Positions 43,701-59,719 of a stretch of DNA of 64,000 nt are shown here, piece by piece (within the stretch, counting starts at the first letter, position 1; every line of letters starts with the position of its first letter). A program made the position numbers and the translations under genes. Source of the DNA: the human T2T-CHM13v2.0 reference genome, Homo sapiens; the NCBI RefSeq assembly GCF_009914755.1, contig NC_060933.1; one strand, written 5' to 3'. The notes beneath the pieces are model-generated. The model did not search any database and was not told the origin of the DNA. It saw only the letters and a program-made list of their open reading frames with translations.

Positions 43701-46700
43701 CATTCCATTCCATTCCATTCCATTCCATTCCGTTCCGCTCCATTCCATTCCATTCCATTCTATTCGGGTTAATTCCATTCCATTCCATTCGATTGCAATC
43801 GAGTTGATTCCATTCCATTCCATTCCATTCCATTCCATTCCTTTCCATTCCATTACGGATGATTCCATTCCGTTGCATTCCATTCCATTCCATTCCCCTG
43901 TACTCGGGTTGATTCCATTCCATTCCATTCCAAGCCATGCCATTCCACTCGTGTTGATTCCATTCTTTCCATTCCATTCAAGTTGAATCCATTCCATTGC
44001 ATTCCATTCCATTCGATTCCATTCGATTGCACTCGGGTTGATTCCATTCCATTGCATTCCATTCCATTCCATTCCATTCCATTCCATTCCATTCCGTTCC
44101 ATTCCATTCCATTACATTCGGATTGATTCTATTCAATTCCCTTACACTCCATTACATTCCATTCCATTCGGGTAGTTTCCACTCCATTCCATTCCATTCC
44201 TCTCCATTCCATTGCACTCGGGTTGATTCCATTCCATTGCATTCCATTCCATTCCATTCAATTCCATTCCCTTCCTTTCCATTCCATTACATTCGGATTG
44301 ATTCTATTCAACTCCCTTACTCTCCATTACATTCCATTCCATTCGGGTTGTTCCATTCCATTCCATTCCATTCCACTCCATTCCATTGCACTCGGGTTGA
44401 TTCCATTCCATTCCATTCCATTCCATTCCATTCCATTCCATTCCAATCGAGTTGATTCCATTCCATTCCATTCCATTCCAGTCCTTTCCATTACATTCCA
44501 CTCGGGTTGATTCCATTCTATTAGTTTCCATTCCATTCCATTCCCTTCCATTCCACTCTGGTTGATTCCATTCCTTTCCATTCCACTCGAATACATTCCC
44601 TCCTATTCCACTCGGAACGATTCCATTCCATTCCATTCCATTCCATTCCATTCCATTCCATTCCATTCCATTCCATTTCGTTCCATTCCATTCTATTCCG
44701 TATCATTCCATTCCATTCCATTCCATTCCATTCCATTCCATTCTATTCCATTCCATTGTACTCGGGTTGATTCCATTCCATTGCGTTCCATTCCATTCCA
44801 TTCAATTCCATTCTGTTCCATTCCATTACATTACATTCGGATTGATTCTTTTCAACTCCCTTACTCTCCATTACATTCCATTCCATTCGGATTGTTCCAT
44901 TCCATTCCATTCCATTCCACTCCTTTCAATTGCACTCGGGTTGATTCCATTCCATTCCATTCCATTCCTTTCCGGATGATTCCATTCCATTGCATTCCGT
45001 TCCATTACATTCCCCTGCACTCGGGTTGATTCCATTCCATTCCATTCCATTCCATTCGATTCCATTCGATTCCATTCCATTCCCCTGCACTCGCGTTGAT
45101 TCCATTCCATTCCATTCCATTCCATTCCATTCCTTTCCATTCCAGTCCTTTCCATTCCATTCCACTCGGGTTGATTCCATTCTATTAGTTTCCATTCCAT
45201 TCCATTCCCTTCCATTCCACTCTGGTTGATTCCATTCCTTTCCATTCCACTCGAATACATTCCCTCCTATTCCACTCAGAACGATTCCATTCCATTCCAT
45301 TCCATTCCATTCCATTCCATTCCATTTCGTTCCATTCCATTCTATTCCGTATCATTCCATTCCATTCCATTCCATTCCATTCCATTCCACTCGTGTTGAT
45401 TTCATTCCTTTCCATTCCATTCGGTTTGAAGGCATTCCATTCCATTCCACTCCATTCCATTCCATTCCATTCCATTCCATTATACTCGGGTTGATTCCAT
45501 TCCATTGCATTCCATTCCATTCCATTCCATTCCATTCCGTTGCATTCCATTCCATTACATTCGGATAGATTCTATTCAACTCCCTTACTCTCCATTACAT
45601 TCCATTCCATTCGGGTTGTTCCATTCCATTCCATTCCATTCCACTCCTTTCAATTGCACTCGGGTTGATTCCATTCCATTCCATTCCATTGCATTCCACT
45701 CCATTCCATTCCGGATGATTCCATTCCATTGCATTCCTTTCCATTCCATTCCCCTGCACTCGGGTTGATTCCATTCCATTCCATTCCATTACATTCCGTT
45801 CCATTCCATTCCATTCCATTCCATTTCGTTCCATTCCATTCTATTCCGTATCATTCCATTCCATTCCATTCCATTCCATTCCATTCCATTCCATTCCATT
45901 CCATTGTACTCGGGTTGATTCAATTCCATTGCATTCAATTCCATTCCATTCCATTCCATTCCGTTCCATTCCGTTCCATTCCATTCCATTCCATTGTATT
46001 CGAATTCATTCCATTCCATTCCTTTCCATTCTATTCCATTCCATTGCAATCGAGTTGAATCCATTGCATTTCATTCCATTCCATTCCATTCCATTCCATT
46101 CCGGAAGATTCCATTCCATTGCATTCCATTCCATTCCATTCCCCTGCACTCGCGTTGATTCCATTCCATTCCATTCCATTCCATTCCATTCCATTCCGTT
46201 CCGTTCCATTCCATTCCATTCCATTCCATTCCATTCCATTCCGTTCCGTTCCATTCCATTCCATTCCATTCTATTCGGGTTAATTCCATTCCATTCCATT
46301 CGATTGCAATCGAGTTGATTCCATTCCATTCCATTCCATTCCATTCCATTCCTTTCCATTCCATTACGGATGATTCCATTCCGTTGCATTCCATTCCATT
46401 CCATTCCCCTGTACTCGGGTTGATTCCATTCCATTCCATTCCAAGCCATGCCATTCCACTCGTGTTGATTCCATTCTTTCCATTCCATTCAAGTTGAATC
46501 CATTCCATTGCATTCCATTCCATTCGATTCCATTCGATTGCACTCGGGTTGATTCCATTCCATTGCATTCCATTCCATTCCATTCCATTCCATTCCATTC
46601 CATTCCATTCCGTTCCATTCCATTCCATTACATTCGGATTGATTCTATTCAATTCCCTTACACTCCATTACATTCCATTCCATTCGGGTAGTTTCCACTC

Positions 46701-47250
46701 CATTCCATTCCATTCCTCTCCATTTCATTGCACTCGGGTTGATTCCATTCCATTGCATTCCATTCCATTCCATTCAATTCCATTCCCTTCCTTTCCATTC
46801 CATTACATTCTGATTGATTCTATTCAACTCCCTTACTCTCCATTACATTCCATTCCATTCGGGTTGTTCCATTCCATTCCATTCCATTCCACTCCATTCC
46901 ATTGCACTCGGGTTGATTCCATTCCATTCCATTCCATTCCATTCCATTCCATTCCATTCCATTACAATCGAGTTGATTCCATTCCATTCCATTCCATTCC
47001 AGTCCTTTCCATTCCATTCCACTCGGGTTGATTCCATTCTATTAGTTTCCATTCCATTCCATTCCCTTCCATTCCACTCTGGTTGATTCCATTCCTTTCC
47101 ATTCCACTCGAATACATTCCCTCCTATTCCACTTGGAACGATTCCATTCCATTCCATTCCATTCCATTCCATTCCATTCCATTCCATTTCGTTCCATTCC
47201 ATTCTATTCCGTATCATTCCATTCCATTCCATTCCACTCCATTCCATTCC
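40720..47250 (+). repeat. ~2.5-2.66 kb higher-order repeat domain (about 2.5 copies)
   Basis: GAATTC at 40820, 43481, 46002 (2661, 2521). AAGCCATGCC at 41311, 43932, 46443 (2621, 2511). Landmark block at 41941, 44562, 47083 (2621, 2521) and at 42705, 45226 (2521). Confidence 0.88.
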
Positions 47251-50200
47251 ATTCCATTCCATTGTACTCGGGTTGATTCCATTCCATTGCATTCCATTCC
47301 ATTCCATTCCATTCCGTTGCATTCCATTCCATTACATTCGGATTGATTCTATTCAACTCCCTTACTCTCCATTACATTCCATTCCATTCGGGTTGTTCCA
47401 TTCCATTCCATTGCATTCCACTCCATTCCATTGCACTCGGATTGATTCCATTCCATTCCATTCCATTCCATTCCATTCCATTCCATTCCATTGCGGATGA
47501 TTCCATTCCATTGCATTCCTTTCCATTACATTCCCCTGCACTCGCGTTGATTCCATTCCATTCCATTCAATTCCATTCCATTACAATTCGTTCCATTCCA
47601 TTCTATTCCGTACCATTCCATTCCATTCCATACCATTCCATTCCATTCCATTCCATTCCGTTCCATTCCATTCCATTCCATTCCATTCTATTCAGATTAA
47701 TTCCATTCCATTCCATTCCATTCCATTCTATTCCATTCCATTGCAATCGAGTTGATTCCATTCCATTCCATTCCATTCCATTCCATTCCATTCCATTCCG
47801 GAAGATTCCATTCCATTGCATTCCATTCCATTCCATTCTCCTGCACTCGCGTTGATTCCATTCCATTCCATTCCATTCCATTCCGTTCCGTTCCATTCCA
47901 TTCCATTCCATTCCATTGCATTCCATTCCGTTCCGTTCCATTCCATTCCATTCCATTCTATTCGGGTTAATTCCATTCCATTCCATTCGATTGCAATCGA
48001 GTTGATTCCATTCCATTCTATTCCATTCCATTCCATTCCATTCCATTCCATTCCATTCCATTCCTTTCCATTCCATTACGGATGATTCCATTCCATTGCA
48101 TTCCATTCCATTCCATTCCCCTGTACTCGGGTTGATTCCATTCCATTCCATTCCAATCCATGCCATTCCACTCGTGTTGATTCCATTCTTTCCATTCCAT
48201 TCAAGTTGAATCCATTCCATTGCATTCCATTCCATTCCATTCCCCTGCAGTCGGGTTGATTCCATTCCATTCCATTCCATTCCATTCCATTCCATTCCAT
48301 TCCGTTCCGTTCCATTCCATTCCATTCCTTTCTATTCGGGTTAATTCCATTCCATTCCATTCCATTCCATTCCATTCCATTCCACTCCATTCCAGTCCTT
48401 TCCATTCCATTCCACTCGGGTTGATTCCAATGTATTCCTTTCCATTCCATTCCATTCCATTGCAATCGAGTTGATTCCATTGCTTTGCATTCCATTCCAT
48501 TCCATTCCATTCCGGATGATTCCATTCCATTGCATTCCACTGCATTCCATTCCCCTGCACTCGGGTTGATTCCATTCCATTCCACTCCATTCCGTTCCAT
48601 TCCATTCCATTGCATTGTATTCGGGTTAATTCCACTCTATTCCATTCCATTCCATTCCATTCCATTACAATCGTGTTGATTCCATTCCATTCCATTCCAT
48701 TCCAGTCCTTTCCATTCAATTCCACTCGGGTTGATTCCATTCTATTAGTTTCCATTCCATTCCATTCCCTTCCATTCCACTCTGGTTGATTCCATTCCTT
48801 TCCATTCCACTCGAATACATTCCCTCCTATTCCACTCGGAACGATTCCATTCCATTCCATTCCATTCAATTCCATTCCATTCCATTCCATTCCATTGTAC
48901 TCGGGTTGATTCCATTCCGTTGCATTCCATTCCATTCCATTCCATTCCATTCCGTTGCATTCCATTCCATTACATTTGGATTGATTCTATTCAACTCCCT
49001 TACTCTCCATTACATTCCATTCCATTCGGGTTGTTCCATTCCATTCCATTCCATTCCACTCCATTCCATTGCACTCGGGTTGATTCCATTCCATTCCATT
49101 CCTTTCCATTCCATTCCATTCCGGATGAATCCATTCCATTGCATTCCGTTCCATTACATTCCCCTGCACTCTCGTTGATTCCATTCCATTCCATTCCATT
49201 CCATTCAATTCCATTCTATTACAATTCGTTCCATTCCATTCTATTCCGTACCATTCCATTCCATTCCATACCAATCCATTACATTCCATTCCGTTCCATT
49301 CTGTTCCATTCCATTCCATTCCATTCTATTCGGATTAATTCCATTCCTTTCCATTCCATTCCATTCTATTCCATTCCATTGCAATCGAGTTGAATCCATT
49401 GCATTTCATTCCATTCCATTCCATTACATTCCATTCCGGAAGATTCCGCTCCATTGCATTCCATTGCATTCCATTCCCCTGCACTCGCGTTGATTCCATT
49501 CCATTCCATTCCATTCCATTCCGTTCCGTTCCATTCCCTTCCATTCCATTCCATTCCATTCCCTTCCATTCCGTTCCATTGCATTCCATTCCATTCTATT
49601 CGGGTTAATTCCATTCCATTCCATTCGATTGCAATCGAGTTGATTCCATTCCATTCCATTCCATTCCATTCCATTCCATTCCTTTCCATTCCATTACGGA
49701 TGATTCCATTCCATTGTATTCCATTCCATTCCATTCCCCTGTACTCGGGTTGATTCCCTTCCATTCCATTCCAATCCATGCCTTTCCACTCCTGTTGATT
49801 CCATTCTTTCCATTCCATTCAAGTTGAATCCATTCCATTGCATTCCATTCAATTCGATTCCATTCGATTGCACTCGGGTTGATTCCATTCCATTGCATTC
49901 CATTCCATTCCATTCCATTCCATTCCATTCCTTTCCATTCCATTCCATTACATTCGGATTGATTCTATTCAATTCCCTTACACTCCATTACATTCCATTC
50001 CATTCGGGTAGATTCCATTCCATTCCATTCCATTCCTCTCCATTCCATTGCACTCGGGTTGATTCCATTTCATTGCATTCCATTCCATTCCATTCAATTC
50101 CATTCCGTTCCATTCCATTCCATTACATTCGGATTGATTCTATTCAACTCCCTTACTCTCCATTCCATTCCATTCCATTCGGGTTGTTCCATTCCATTCC

Positions 50201-50719
50201 ATTCCATTCCACTCCATTCCATTGCACTCGGGTTGATTCCATTCCATTCCATTCCATTCCATTCCGGAAGATTCCATTCCATTACATTCCATTATATTCC
50301 ATTCCCCTGCACTCGCGTTGATTCCATTCCATTCCATTCCATTCCATTCCATTCCATTCCATTCCTTTCCGTTCCATTCCATTCCATTCCATTCCGTTCC
50401 GTTCCGTTCCGTTCCGTTCCATTCCATTCCATTCCATGCTATTCGGGTTAATTCCATGCCATTCCATTCAATTGCAATCGAGTTGATTCCATTCTATTCC
50501 ATTCCATTCCATTCCTTTCCATTCCATTACGGATGATTCCATTCCACTGCATTCCATTCCATTCCATTCCCCTGTACTCGGGTTGATTCCATTCCATTCC
50601 ATTCCAATCCATGCCATTCCACTCGTGTTGATTCCATTCTTTCCATTCCATTCAAGTTGAATCCATTCCATTGCATTCCATTCCATTCGATTCCATTCGA
50701 TTGCACTCGGGTTGATTCC

Positions 50720-53000
50720 ATTCCATTGCATTGCATTCCATTCCATTTCATTCCATTCCATTCCTTTCCATTCCATTCCATTCCATTCCATTCCATTGCA
50801 ATCGAGTTGATTCCATTCCATTCCTTTCCATTCCATTCCATTGCCTTGCATTCCACTTGGTTTGATTCCATTCCCTTCTTTCCACTCCATTACATTCCCT
50901 TCCATTCCACTCGGAATGATTGATTCCATTCCATTCCATTCCATTTCATTCTATTGCAATCCATTCCAATCCATTCCATTCCATTCCATTCCACTCGAGT
51001 TGATTTCATTCGATTCCTTTCCATTCCATTCCATTCCTTTCCACTCGAGTTGATTCCATTCCATTCCATTCCATTACATTACATTCCATGCCATTCCACT
51101 CGGGTTGATTCCATTCCATTCCATTCCATTCCATTCCATTCCATTCCATTCCATTCCATTCCATTCCATTCCCCTGCACTCGGGTTGATTCCATTCCTTT
51201 CGATTCCATTTAATTCCATTCCATTCAATTCCATTCCATTCCATTCCATTCCAATCCGTTCCATTCCATTCCATTCTATTGCATTGAAATCGACTTGATT
51301 CCATTGCATTCCATTCCATTCCATTGCAATCGACTTGATTCCATTCCATTCCATTCCATTCCATTCCATTCCATTCCATTTTGTTCCAATCCATTCTATT
51401 CCAAACCATTCCATTCCATTCCATTCCATTCCATTCCATTCCATTCCATGCCATTCCACTCGTGTTGATTCCATTCTTTCCATTCCATTCAAGTTGAATC
51501 CATTCCACTCCATTCCATTCCATTCGAATCCATTCCATTGCACTCGGGTTTATTCCATTCCATTCCATTCCATTCGATTCCATTCCATTCCATTCCATTC
51601 CGTTCGATTCCATTTCATTACATTCAGATTGATTCTATTCAATTCCCTTACACTCCATTATATTCCAATCCATTCTGGTTGTTTCCATTCCATTCCATTC
51701 CATTTCACTCCATTCCATTGCACTCGGTTTGATTCCATTCCATTCCATTCCATTCCATTCCGGATGATTCCATTCCATTGCATTCCATTCCATTCCATTC
51801 CCCTGCACTCAGGTTGATTCCATTCCATTCCATTCCACTCCATTCGGTTCCGTTCCATTCCATTCTATTGCATTCCATTCTATTCGGGTTAATTGCATTC
51901 CATTCTATTCCATTCCATTCCATTCCATTCCATTGCAATGGAGTTGATTCCATTCCATTCCATTCCATTCCGGATGATTCCATTCCATTGCATTCGATTC
52001 CATTCCATTCCCCTGCACTCGTGTTGATTCCATTCCCTTCCATTCCATTCCATTCCGTTCCACTCCATTGCATTCCATTCTATTCCGGTTAATTCCATTC
52101 CATTCCATTCCATTCCATTCCATTCCATTCCATTCCATTGCAATCGAGTTGATTGCATTCCATTCCTTTCCATTCCATTCCATTGCCTTGCATTCCAATC
52201 GGGTTGATTCCATTCCCTTCTTTCCACTCCATTTCATTCCCTTCCATTCCACTCGGAATGATTGATTCCATTCCATTCCATTCCATTTCATTCCGTTGCA
52301 ATCCATTCCAATCCATTCCATTCCATTCCATTCCACTCGAGTTGATTTCATTCCATTCCTTTCCATTCCATTCCATTCCTTTCCACTCGAGTTGATTCCA
52401 TTCGATTCCATTCCATTCCATTGCATTACATTCCATGCCATTCCACTCGGGTTGATTCCATTCCTTTGCATTCCATTCCATTCCATTCCATTGCATTCCA
52501 TTCCATTCCATTCCGTTGCATTCCATTCCATTACATTCGGATTGATTCTATTCAACTCCCTTACTCTCCATTACATTCCATTCCATTCGGGTTGTTCCAT
52601 TCCATTCCATTCCATTCCACTGCATTCCATTGCACTCGGGTTGATTCCATTCCATTCCATTCCATTCCATTCCATTCCATTCCGGATGATTCCATTCCAT
52701 TGCATTCCGTTCCATTACATTCCCCTGCACTCGCGTTGATTGCATTCCATTCCATTCCATTCCATTCAATTCCATTCCATTACAATTCGTTCCATTCCAT
52801 TCTCTTACGTACCATTCCATTCCATTCCATAGCATTCCATTCCATTCCATTCCATTCCATTCCATTCCATTCCGTTCCATTCCGTTCCATTCCATTCCAT
52901 TCCATTCTATTCGGGTTAATTCCATTCCATTCCATTCCATTCCATTCTATTCCATTCCATTGCAATCGAGTTGAATCCATTGCATTTCATTCCATTCCAT
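50720..53000 (+). repeat. Diverged block duplicated about 9 kb downstream (partner ~59720-61660)
   Basis: Pseudo-ORF pairs 51658/60622 and 51778/60742 are both offset by 8964. TCCATTGCAATGGA at 51929 and 60893 (8964). Shared TTTTGTTCCAATCC, CACTCGGTTTGA, CACTCAGGTTGA. Confidence 0.8.
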
Positions 53001-56000
53001 TCCATTCCATTCCATTCCATTCCATTCCGGAAGATTCCATTCCATTGCATTCCATTCCATTCCATTCCCCTGCACTCGGGTTGATTCCATTCCATTCCAT
53101 TCCATTCCATTCCATTCCATTCCATTCCGTTCCATTCCATTCCATTCCATTCTATTCCGGTTAATTCCATTCCATTCCATTCGATTCCATTCCATTCCAT
53201 TCCATTCCATTGCAATCGAGTTGATTCCATTCCATTCCATTCCATTCTATTCGGGTTAATTCCATTCCATTCCATTCCATTCCATTCCATTCCAATCGAG
53301 TTGATTCCATTCCATTCCATTCCATTCCATTCCACTCCATTCCAGTCCTTTCCATTCCATTACACTCGGGTTGATTCCATTCTATTCCTTTGCATTCCAT
53401 TCCATTCCATTGTAATCGAGTTGATTCCATTGCTTTGCATTCCATTCCATTCCATTCCATTCTGGATGATTCCATTCCATTGCATTCCATTCCAATCCAT
53501 TCCCCTGCACTCGGGTTGATTCCATTCCATTCCACTCCACTCCGTTCCATTCCATTCCATTCCATTGTATTCGGGTTAATTCCATTCCATTCCATTCCAT
53601 TCCATTCCATTCCATTCCATTCCATTACAATCGAGTTGATTCCATTCCATTCCATTCCATTCCATTCCATTCCAGTCCTTTCCGTTCCATTCCACTCGGG
53701 TTGATTCCATTCTATTAGTTTCCATTCCATTCCATTCCCTTCCATTCCACTCTGGTTGATTCCATTCCTTTCCATTCCACTCGAATACATTCCCTCCTAT
53801 TCCACTCGGAACGATTCCATTCCATTCCATTCCATTCCATTCCATTCCATTCCATTCCAGTTCGTTCCATTCCATTCTATTCCGTTCCATTCCATTCCAT
53901 TCCATTCCATTCCATTCCATTCCACTCGTGTTGATTCCATTCTTTTCCATTCCATTCGGTTTGAAGGCTTTCCTTTCCATTCAATTCCATTCCATTCTAT
54001 TCCATTCCATTCCATTCCATTCCATTCCATTCCATTCCATTGCATTCCATTGTACTCGAGTTGATTCCATTCCATTGCATTCCATTCCATTCCATTCCAT
54101 TCCATTCCATTCCGTTGCATTCCATTCCATTACAATCGGATTGATTCTATTCAACTCCCTTACTCTCCATTACATTCCATTTCCTTCGGGTTGTTCCATT
54201 CCATTCCATTCCACTCCACTCCATTCCATTGCACTCGGGTTGATTCCATTCCATTCCATTCCATTCCATTCCATTCCGGATGATTCCATTCTATTGCATT
54301 CCGTTCCATTACATTCCCCTGCACTCGCGTTGATTCCATTCCATTCCATTCCATTCCATTCAATTCCATTCCATTGCAATTCGTTCCATTCCATTCTATT
54401 CCGTACCATTCCATTCCATTCCATACCATTCCATTCCATTCCATTCCATTCCATTCCGTTGCATTCCGTTCCATTCAATTCCATTCCATTCTACTCGGAT
54501 TAATTCCATTCCATTCCATTCCATTCCATTCTATTCCATTCCATTGCAATCGAGTTGAATCCATTGCATTTCATTCCATTCCATTCCATTCCATTCCGGA
54601 AGACTCCATTCCATTGCATTCCATTCCATTCCATTCCCCTGCACTCGCGTTGATTCCATTCCATTCCATTCCATTCCATTCCATTCCATTCCATTCCATT
54701 CCGTTCCGTTCCGTTCCGTTCCGTTCCATTCCATTGCATTCCATTCCGTTCCGTTCCATTCCATTCCATTCCATTCTATTCGGCTTAATTCCATTCCATT
54801 CCATTCGATTGCAATCGAGTTGATTCCATTCCATTCCATTCCATTCCATTCCATTCCATTCCATTCCTTCTCATTCCATTACGGATGATTCCATTCCATT
54901 GCATTCCATTCCATTCCATTCCTCTGTACTCGGATTGATTCCATTCCATTCCATTCCAATCCATGCCATTCCAATCGTGTTGATTCCATTCTTTCCATTC
55001 CATTCAAGTTGAATCCATTCCATTGCATTCCATTCCATTCGATTAAATTCGATTGCACTCGGGTTGATTCCATTCCATTGCATTCCATTCCATTCCATTC
55101 CATTCCATTCCATTCCATTCCATTGCGTTCCATTCCATTCCATTCCATTCGGATTGATTCTATTCAATTCCCTTACACTCCATTACATTCCATTCCATTC
55201 GGGTAGTTTCCATTCCATTCCATTCCATTCCTCTCCATTCCATTGCACTCGGGTTGATTCCATTCCATTGCATTCCATTCCATTCCATTCAATTCCATTC
55301 CGTTCCATTCCATTCCATTACATTCGGATTGATTCTATTCAACTCCCTTACTCTCCATTCCATTCCATTCCATTCGGGTTGTTCCATTCCATTCCATTCC
55401 ATTCCACTCCATTCCATTGCACTCGGGTTGATTCCATTCCATTCCATTCCATTCCATTCCGGAAGATTCCATTCCATTGCATTCCATTCCATTCCATTCC
55501 CCTACACTCGCGATGATTCCATTCCATTCCATTCTATTCCATTCCATTCCCTTCCTTTCCGTTCCATTCCATTCCATTCCATTCCATTTCATTGCATTCC
55601 ATTCCGTTCCGTTCCATTCCATTCCATTCCATTCTATTCGGTTAATTCCATTCCATTCCATTCAATTGCAATCGAGTTGATTCCAATCCATTCCATTCCA
55701 TTCCTTTCCATTCCATTCCTTTCCATTCCATTACGGATGATTCCATTCCATTGCATTCCATTCCATTCCCCTGTACTCGGGTTGATTCCATTCCATTCCA
55801 TTCCAATCCATGCCATTCCACTCGTGTTGATTCCATTCTTTCCATTCCATTCAAGTTGAATCCATTCCATTGCATTCCATTCCATTCGATTCCATTCGAT
55901 TGCACTCGGGTTGATTCCATTCCATTGCATTCCATTCCATTCCATTCCATTCCATTCCATTCCATTCCATTCCATTCTATTCTGTTCCATTCCATTTCAT

Positions 56001-59000
56001 TACATTCAGATTTATTCTATTCAATTCCCTTACACTCCATTATATTCCAATCCATTCTGGTTGTTTCCATTCCATTCCATTCCATTTCACTCCATTCCAT
56101 TGCACTCGGGTTGATTCCATTCCATTCCATTCCATTGCATTCCATTCCATTCCATTCAGGATGATTCCATTCCATTCCATTCCGGATGATTCCATTCCAT
56201 TGCATTCCATTCCATTCCATTCCCCTGCACTCGGGTTGATTCCATTCCATTCCATTCCATTACATTCCGTTCCATTCCATTCCATTCCATTCGGATTGAT
56301 TCTATTCAATTCCCTTACACTCCATTACATTCCATTTCATTCGGGTAGTTTCCATTCCATTCCATTCCATTCCTCTCCATTCCATTGCACTTGGGTTGAT
56401 TCCATTCCATTCCATTCCATTCCATTTCATTCCATTACATTACATTACCTTCCATTCCATTCCGTTCCATTGTACTCGGGTTGATTCCATTCCATTCCAT
56501 TCCATTCCATTCCATTCCATTCCATTCCATTCTATTCAATTCCATTCCGGAAGATTCCATTCCATTGCATTCCATTCCATTCCATTCCCCTGCACTCGCG
56601 TTGATTCCATTCCATTCCATTCTATTCCATTCCATTCCCATCCTTTCCGTTCCATTCCATTCCATTCCATTCGAATCCATTCCATTCCATTCCGTTCCGT
56701 TCCGTTCCATTCCATTCCATTCCATTCTATTCGGGTTAATTCCATTCCATTCCATTCGATTGCCATCGAGTTGATTCCATTCCATTCCATTCCATTGCAT
56801 TCCATTCCATTCCATTCCTTTCCATTCCATTACGGATGATTCCATTCCATTGCATTCCATTCCATTCCATTCCCCTGTACTCAGGTTGATTCCATTCCAT
56901 TCCATTCCAATCCATGCCATTCCACTCGTGTTGATTCCATTCTTTCCATTCCATTCAAGTTGAATCCATTCCATTGCATTCCATTCCATTCGATTCCATT
57001 CGATTGCACTCGGGTTGATTCCATTCCATTGCATTCCATTCCATTCCATTCCATTCCATTCCATTCCTTTCCATTCCATTTCATTACATTCAGATTGATT
57101 CTATTCAATTCCCTTACACCCCATTATATTCCAATCCATTCTGGTTGATTCCATTCCATTCCATTCCATTTCACTCCATTCCATTGCACTCAGGTTGATT
57201 CCATTCCATTCCATTCCATTGCATTCCATTCCATTCCATTCCGGATGACTCCATTCTATTGCATTCCATTCCATTCCATTCCCCTGCACTCGGGTTGATT
57301 CCATTCCATTCCATTCCATTACATTCCGTTCCATTCCATTCCATTCCATTCGGATTGATTCTATTCAATTCCCTTACACTCCATTATATTCCATTCCATT
57401 CGGGTAGTTTCCATTCCATTCTATTCCATTCCTCTCCATTCCATTGCACTCGGGTTGATTCCATTCCATTCCATTCCATTACATTACGTTCCATTCCATT
57501 CCGTTCCATTGTACTCGGGTTGATTCCATTCCATTGCATTCCATTCCATTCCATTCCATTCCATTCTATTCCATTCCGTTCCATTCCATTACATTCGGAT
57601 TGATTCTATTCAACTCCCTTACTCTCCATTACATTCCATTCCATTCGGGTTGTTCCATTCCATTCCATTCCGTTCCACTCCATTCCATTGCACTCGGGTT
57701 GATTCCATTCCATTCCATTCCATTCCATTCCATTCCATTCCATTCCGGATGATTCCATTCCATTGCATTCCGTTCCATTACATTCCCCTGCACTCGGGTT
57801 GATTCCATTCCATTCCATTCCATTCCATTCGATTCCATTCCATTCCAATTCTTTCCATTCCATTCTACTCCGTACCATGCCAGTCCATTCCATACAATTC
57901 CATTCCATTCCATTCCACTCCGTTCCGTTCCGTACCGTTCCGTTGCGTTCCATTCCATTCCATTCCATTCTATTCGGTTTAATTCCATTCCATTCCATTC
58001 CATTCCATTCCATTCCATTCTATTCCATTCCATTGCAATCGAGTTGAATACATTGCATTCCATTCCATTCCATTCCATTCCATTCCATTCCGGAAGATTC
58101 CATTCCATTGCATTCCATTCCATTCCATTCCATTCCATTCCATTCCATTCCATTCCATTCCATTCCATTGTACTCTAGTTGATTCCATTCCATTGCATTC
58201 CATTCCATTCCATTCCATTCCGTTCCATTCCATTCCATTACATTTGGATTGAATCTTTTCAACTCCCTTACTCTCCATTACATTCCATTCCATTCGGGTT
58301 GTTCCATTCCTTTCCATTCCATTCCACTCCATTCCATTGCAATAGGGTTTATTCCATTCCATTCCATTCCATTCCATTCCGGATGATTCCATTCCATTGC
58401 ATTCCGTTCCATTACATTCCCCTGCTCTCGGGTTGATTCCATTCCGTTCCATTCCATTCCATTCGATTCCATTCCATTCCCCTGCACTCGCGTTGATTCC
58501 ATTCCATTCCATTCCATTCCATTCCATTCCTTTCCATTCCAGTCCTTTCCATTCCATTCCACTCGGGTTGATTCCATTCTATTAGTTTCCATTGCATTCC
58601 ATTCCCTTCCATTCTACTCGGGTTGATTCCATTCCATTCCATTCCACTCCATTCGGTTCCGTTGCATTCCATTCTATTGCATTCCATTCTATTCGGGTTA
58701 ATTCCATTCCATTCTATTCCATTCCATTCCATTCCATTGCAATGGAGTTGATTCCATTCCATTCCTTTCCATTCCGGATGATTCCATTCCATTGCATTCC
58801 ATTCCATTCCATTCCCCTGCACTCGTGTTGATTCCATTCCCTTCCATTCCATTCCATTCCGTTCCATTCCATTCCATTCCATTCTATTCCGGTTAATTCC
58901 ATTCGATTCCATTCCATTCCATTCCATTCCATTCCATTGCAATCGAGTTGATTCCATTCCATTCCTTTCCATTCCATTCCATTGCCTTGCATTCCACTCG

Positions 59001-59719
59001 GGTTGATTCCATTCCCTTCTTTCCACTCCATTACATTCCCTTCCATTCCACTCGGAATGATTGATTCCATTCCATTCCATTCCATTTCATTCCATTGAAA
59101 TCCATTCCAATCCATTCCATTCCACTCCATTCCACTCGAGTTGACTTCATTCCATTCCTTTCCATTCCATTCCATTCCTTTCCACTCGAGTTGATTCCAT
59201 TCCTTTCCAATCCATTGCATTCCATTCCATGCCATTCCACTCGGGTTGATTCCATTCCTTTGCATTCCATTCCATTGCATTCCATTCCATTCCATTCCGT
59301 TGCATTCCACTCCATTACATTCGGATTGATTCTATTCAACTCCCTTACTCTCCATTACATTCCATTCCATTCGGGTTGTTCCATTCCATTCCATTCCATT
59401 CCACTCCATTCCATTGCACTCGGGTTGATTCCATTCCATTCCATTCCATTCCACTCCATTCCATTCCACTAGGGTTGATTCCATTCTATTCCTTTCCATT
59501 CCATTCCATTCCATTGCAATCGAGTTGATTCCATTGCTTTGCATTCCATTCCATTCCATTCCATTCCGGATGATTCCATTCCATTCCATTCCATTCCATT
59601 CCATTCCATTCCAATCAAGTTGATTCCATTCCATACCATTCCATTCCATTCCATTCCATTCCATTACAATCGATTTGATTCCATTCCATTCCATTCCATT
59701 CCAGTCCTTTCCATTCCAT

